This document shows, in pieces, positions 63,253 to 64,000 of a DNA stretch of 64,000 nucleotides. Both the position numbers and the translations under genes were made by a program. The DNA is taken from positions 248,001 through 312,000 of the forward strand of contig JAPEUD010000003.1 in assembly GCA_026026165.1 (NCBI GenBank), read 5' to 3'. Every line of letters begins with the position of its first letter. The stretch's first letter is position 1. This stretch comes from Sarea resinae (lineage: Eukaryota). The notes under the pieces were generated by a model. The model ran no database searches. It had not been told where the DNA came from and worked only from the letters and a program-made list of their open reading frames with translations.

Positions 63253-64000
63253 CTACCACCCTTTCCTTCTCATCTCCTCCACCTTGGAAACCATGGCCTG
63301 GAAGCCAAGCTTGAACTTCTTCCGCCAACGCTGAGACTTTAGTCTCTTTCTCCTTAGACCCGGCCGTTCGTGAAATCTCTGCGCACTGGCATCCGTCCTG
63401 ACGCTGTTCTTGTTGCAATTGATGTCCAAGACCCTCAACGATCGCCCAAGATCCATGCCCTTGCCGGGGTTGACCTGGACGGTTCGGCCGAGGCTGGGCC
63501 CGAGACGCATGGGCGGTGCTGCCGGCGGCTTGGGAGGTTCGGACGCGAAGATATTTCTGGACACCTGGGAGCTAGCATTGGGGTCGAGCATGCGGGAGGT
63601 GTCGAAGCGGCTGCGTTGCGAGAGGTAGGAGCGGTCCAAGTCGGAATTGAGGTTCGCGGCCGAGTTGCCGGGTCGATTTCCGGCTTGAGCATAGCGGGAG
63701 GAGAAGCGGCTCGTACGGCCAGTGTTTGATGCAGGGCGTTTGATGTCGGAGAGGAGACTGTCGAGCGTCTCGTCCATGGACTTGGCAGAGGAGGATGAAG
63801 AAGCGTTGCCGGATGGGTCAGGGGCCGTGGACGACGACCCTTGCTCTTGCTCTTGCTTGAGCGGTCGACTTGTCATGAATGTTCTACGGGCGGTGATTGT
63901 CGAAGAGCAAGAGGACGTCCCGGCCATCATTGATGTGGCTAGGAGACAGGGACGCCATGGTCTCGAGCAGGCTGATGGTGCGATGATGGCGGACCAAGGC
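63253..64000 (-). CDS. Mitochondrial ribosomal protein bS21m (5' end probably outside the window)
   Basis: C-terminal S21 domain GRTVQV..DLGRSLRVL..QRFHERPGLRRKRLKSQRWRKKF..RRKGW. The frame stays open to the window edge. Confidence 0.8.
   Translation of the reverse strand, partial: PWSAIIAPSACSRPWRPCLLATSMMAGTSSCSSTITARRTFMTSRPLKQEQEQGSSSTAPDPSGNASSSSSAKSMDETLDSLLSDIKRPASNTGRTSRFSSRYAQAGNRPGNSAANLNSDLDRSYLSQRSRFDTSRMLDPNASSQVSRNIFASEPPKPPAAPPMRLGPSLGRTVQVNPGKGMDLGRSLRVLDINCNKNSVRTDASAQRFHERPGLRRKRLKSQRWRKKFKLGFQAMVSKVEEMRRKGW

Overview
Gene-dense, intron-containing genomic DNA from a filamentous ascomycete (Pezizomycotina; inferred from GT..CTRAC..YAG introns and gene content). About 24 protein-coding genes are recognisable, mostly housekeeping: cystathionine beta-lyase, glutamyl-tRNA synthetase, Msp1, monopolin Csm1/Pcs1, Mcd4, thymidylate synthase, a LysM protein, Ctf1-alpha/FarA, Rad4, HAUS6, an HD-domain nucleotidase, a CoA-binding protein, a Tmt1-like methyltransferase, a STEEP1-like protein, myosin light chain, an O-methyltransferase, MepB, a NirA-like Zn2Cys6 factor, Sec27, L-galactonate dehydratase and mitochondrial bS21. 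I found no convincing tRNA, rRNA, CRISPR or intact transposon. The most unusual signals are: (1) six near-identical, co-oriented CGG-N8-CCG quasi-palindromes, four roughly helically phased, in a 4.4-kb gene-free region upstream of a Zn2Cys6 gene; (2) a candidate CUG-initiated targeting extension on MepB; (3) a 1-nt frameshift in the GluRS gene. All assignments come from motif recognition by eye, with no database searches, and exon boundaries are manual.
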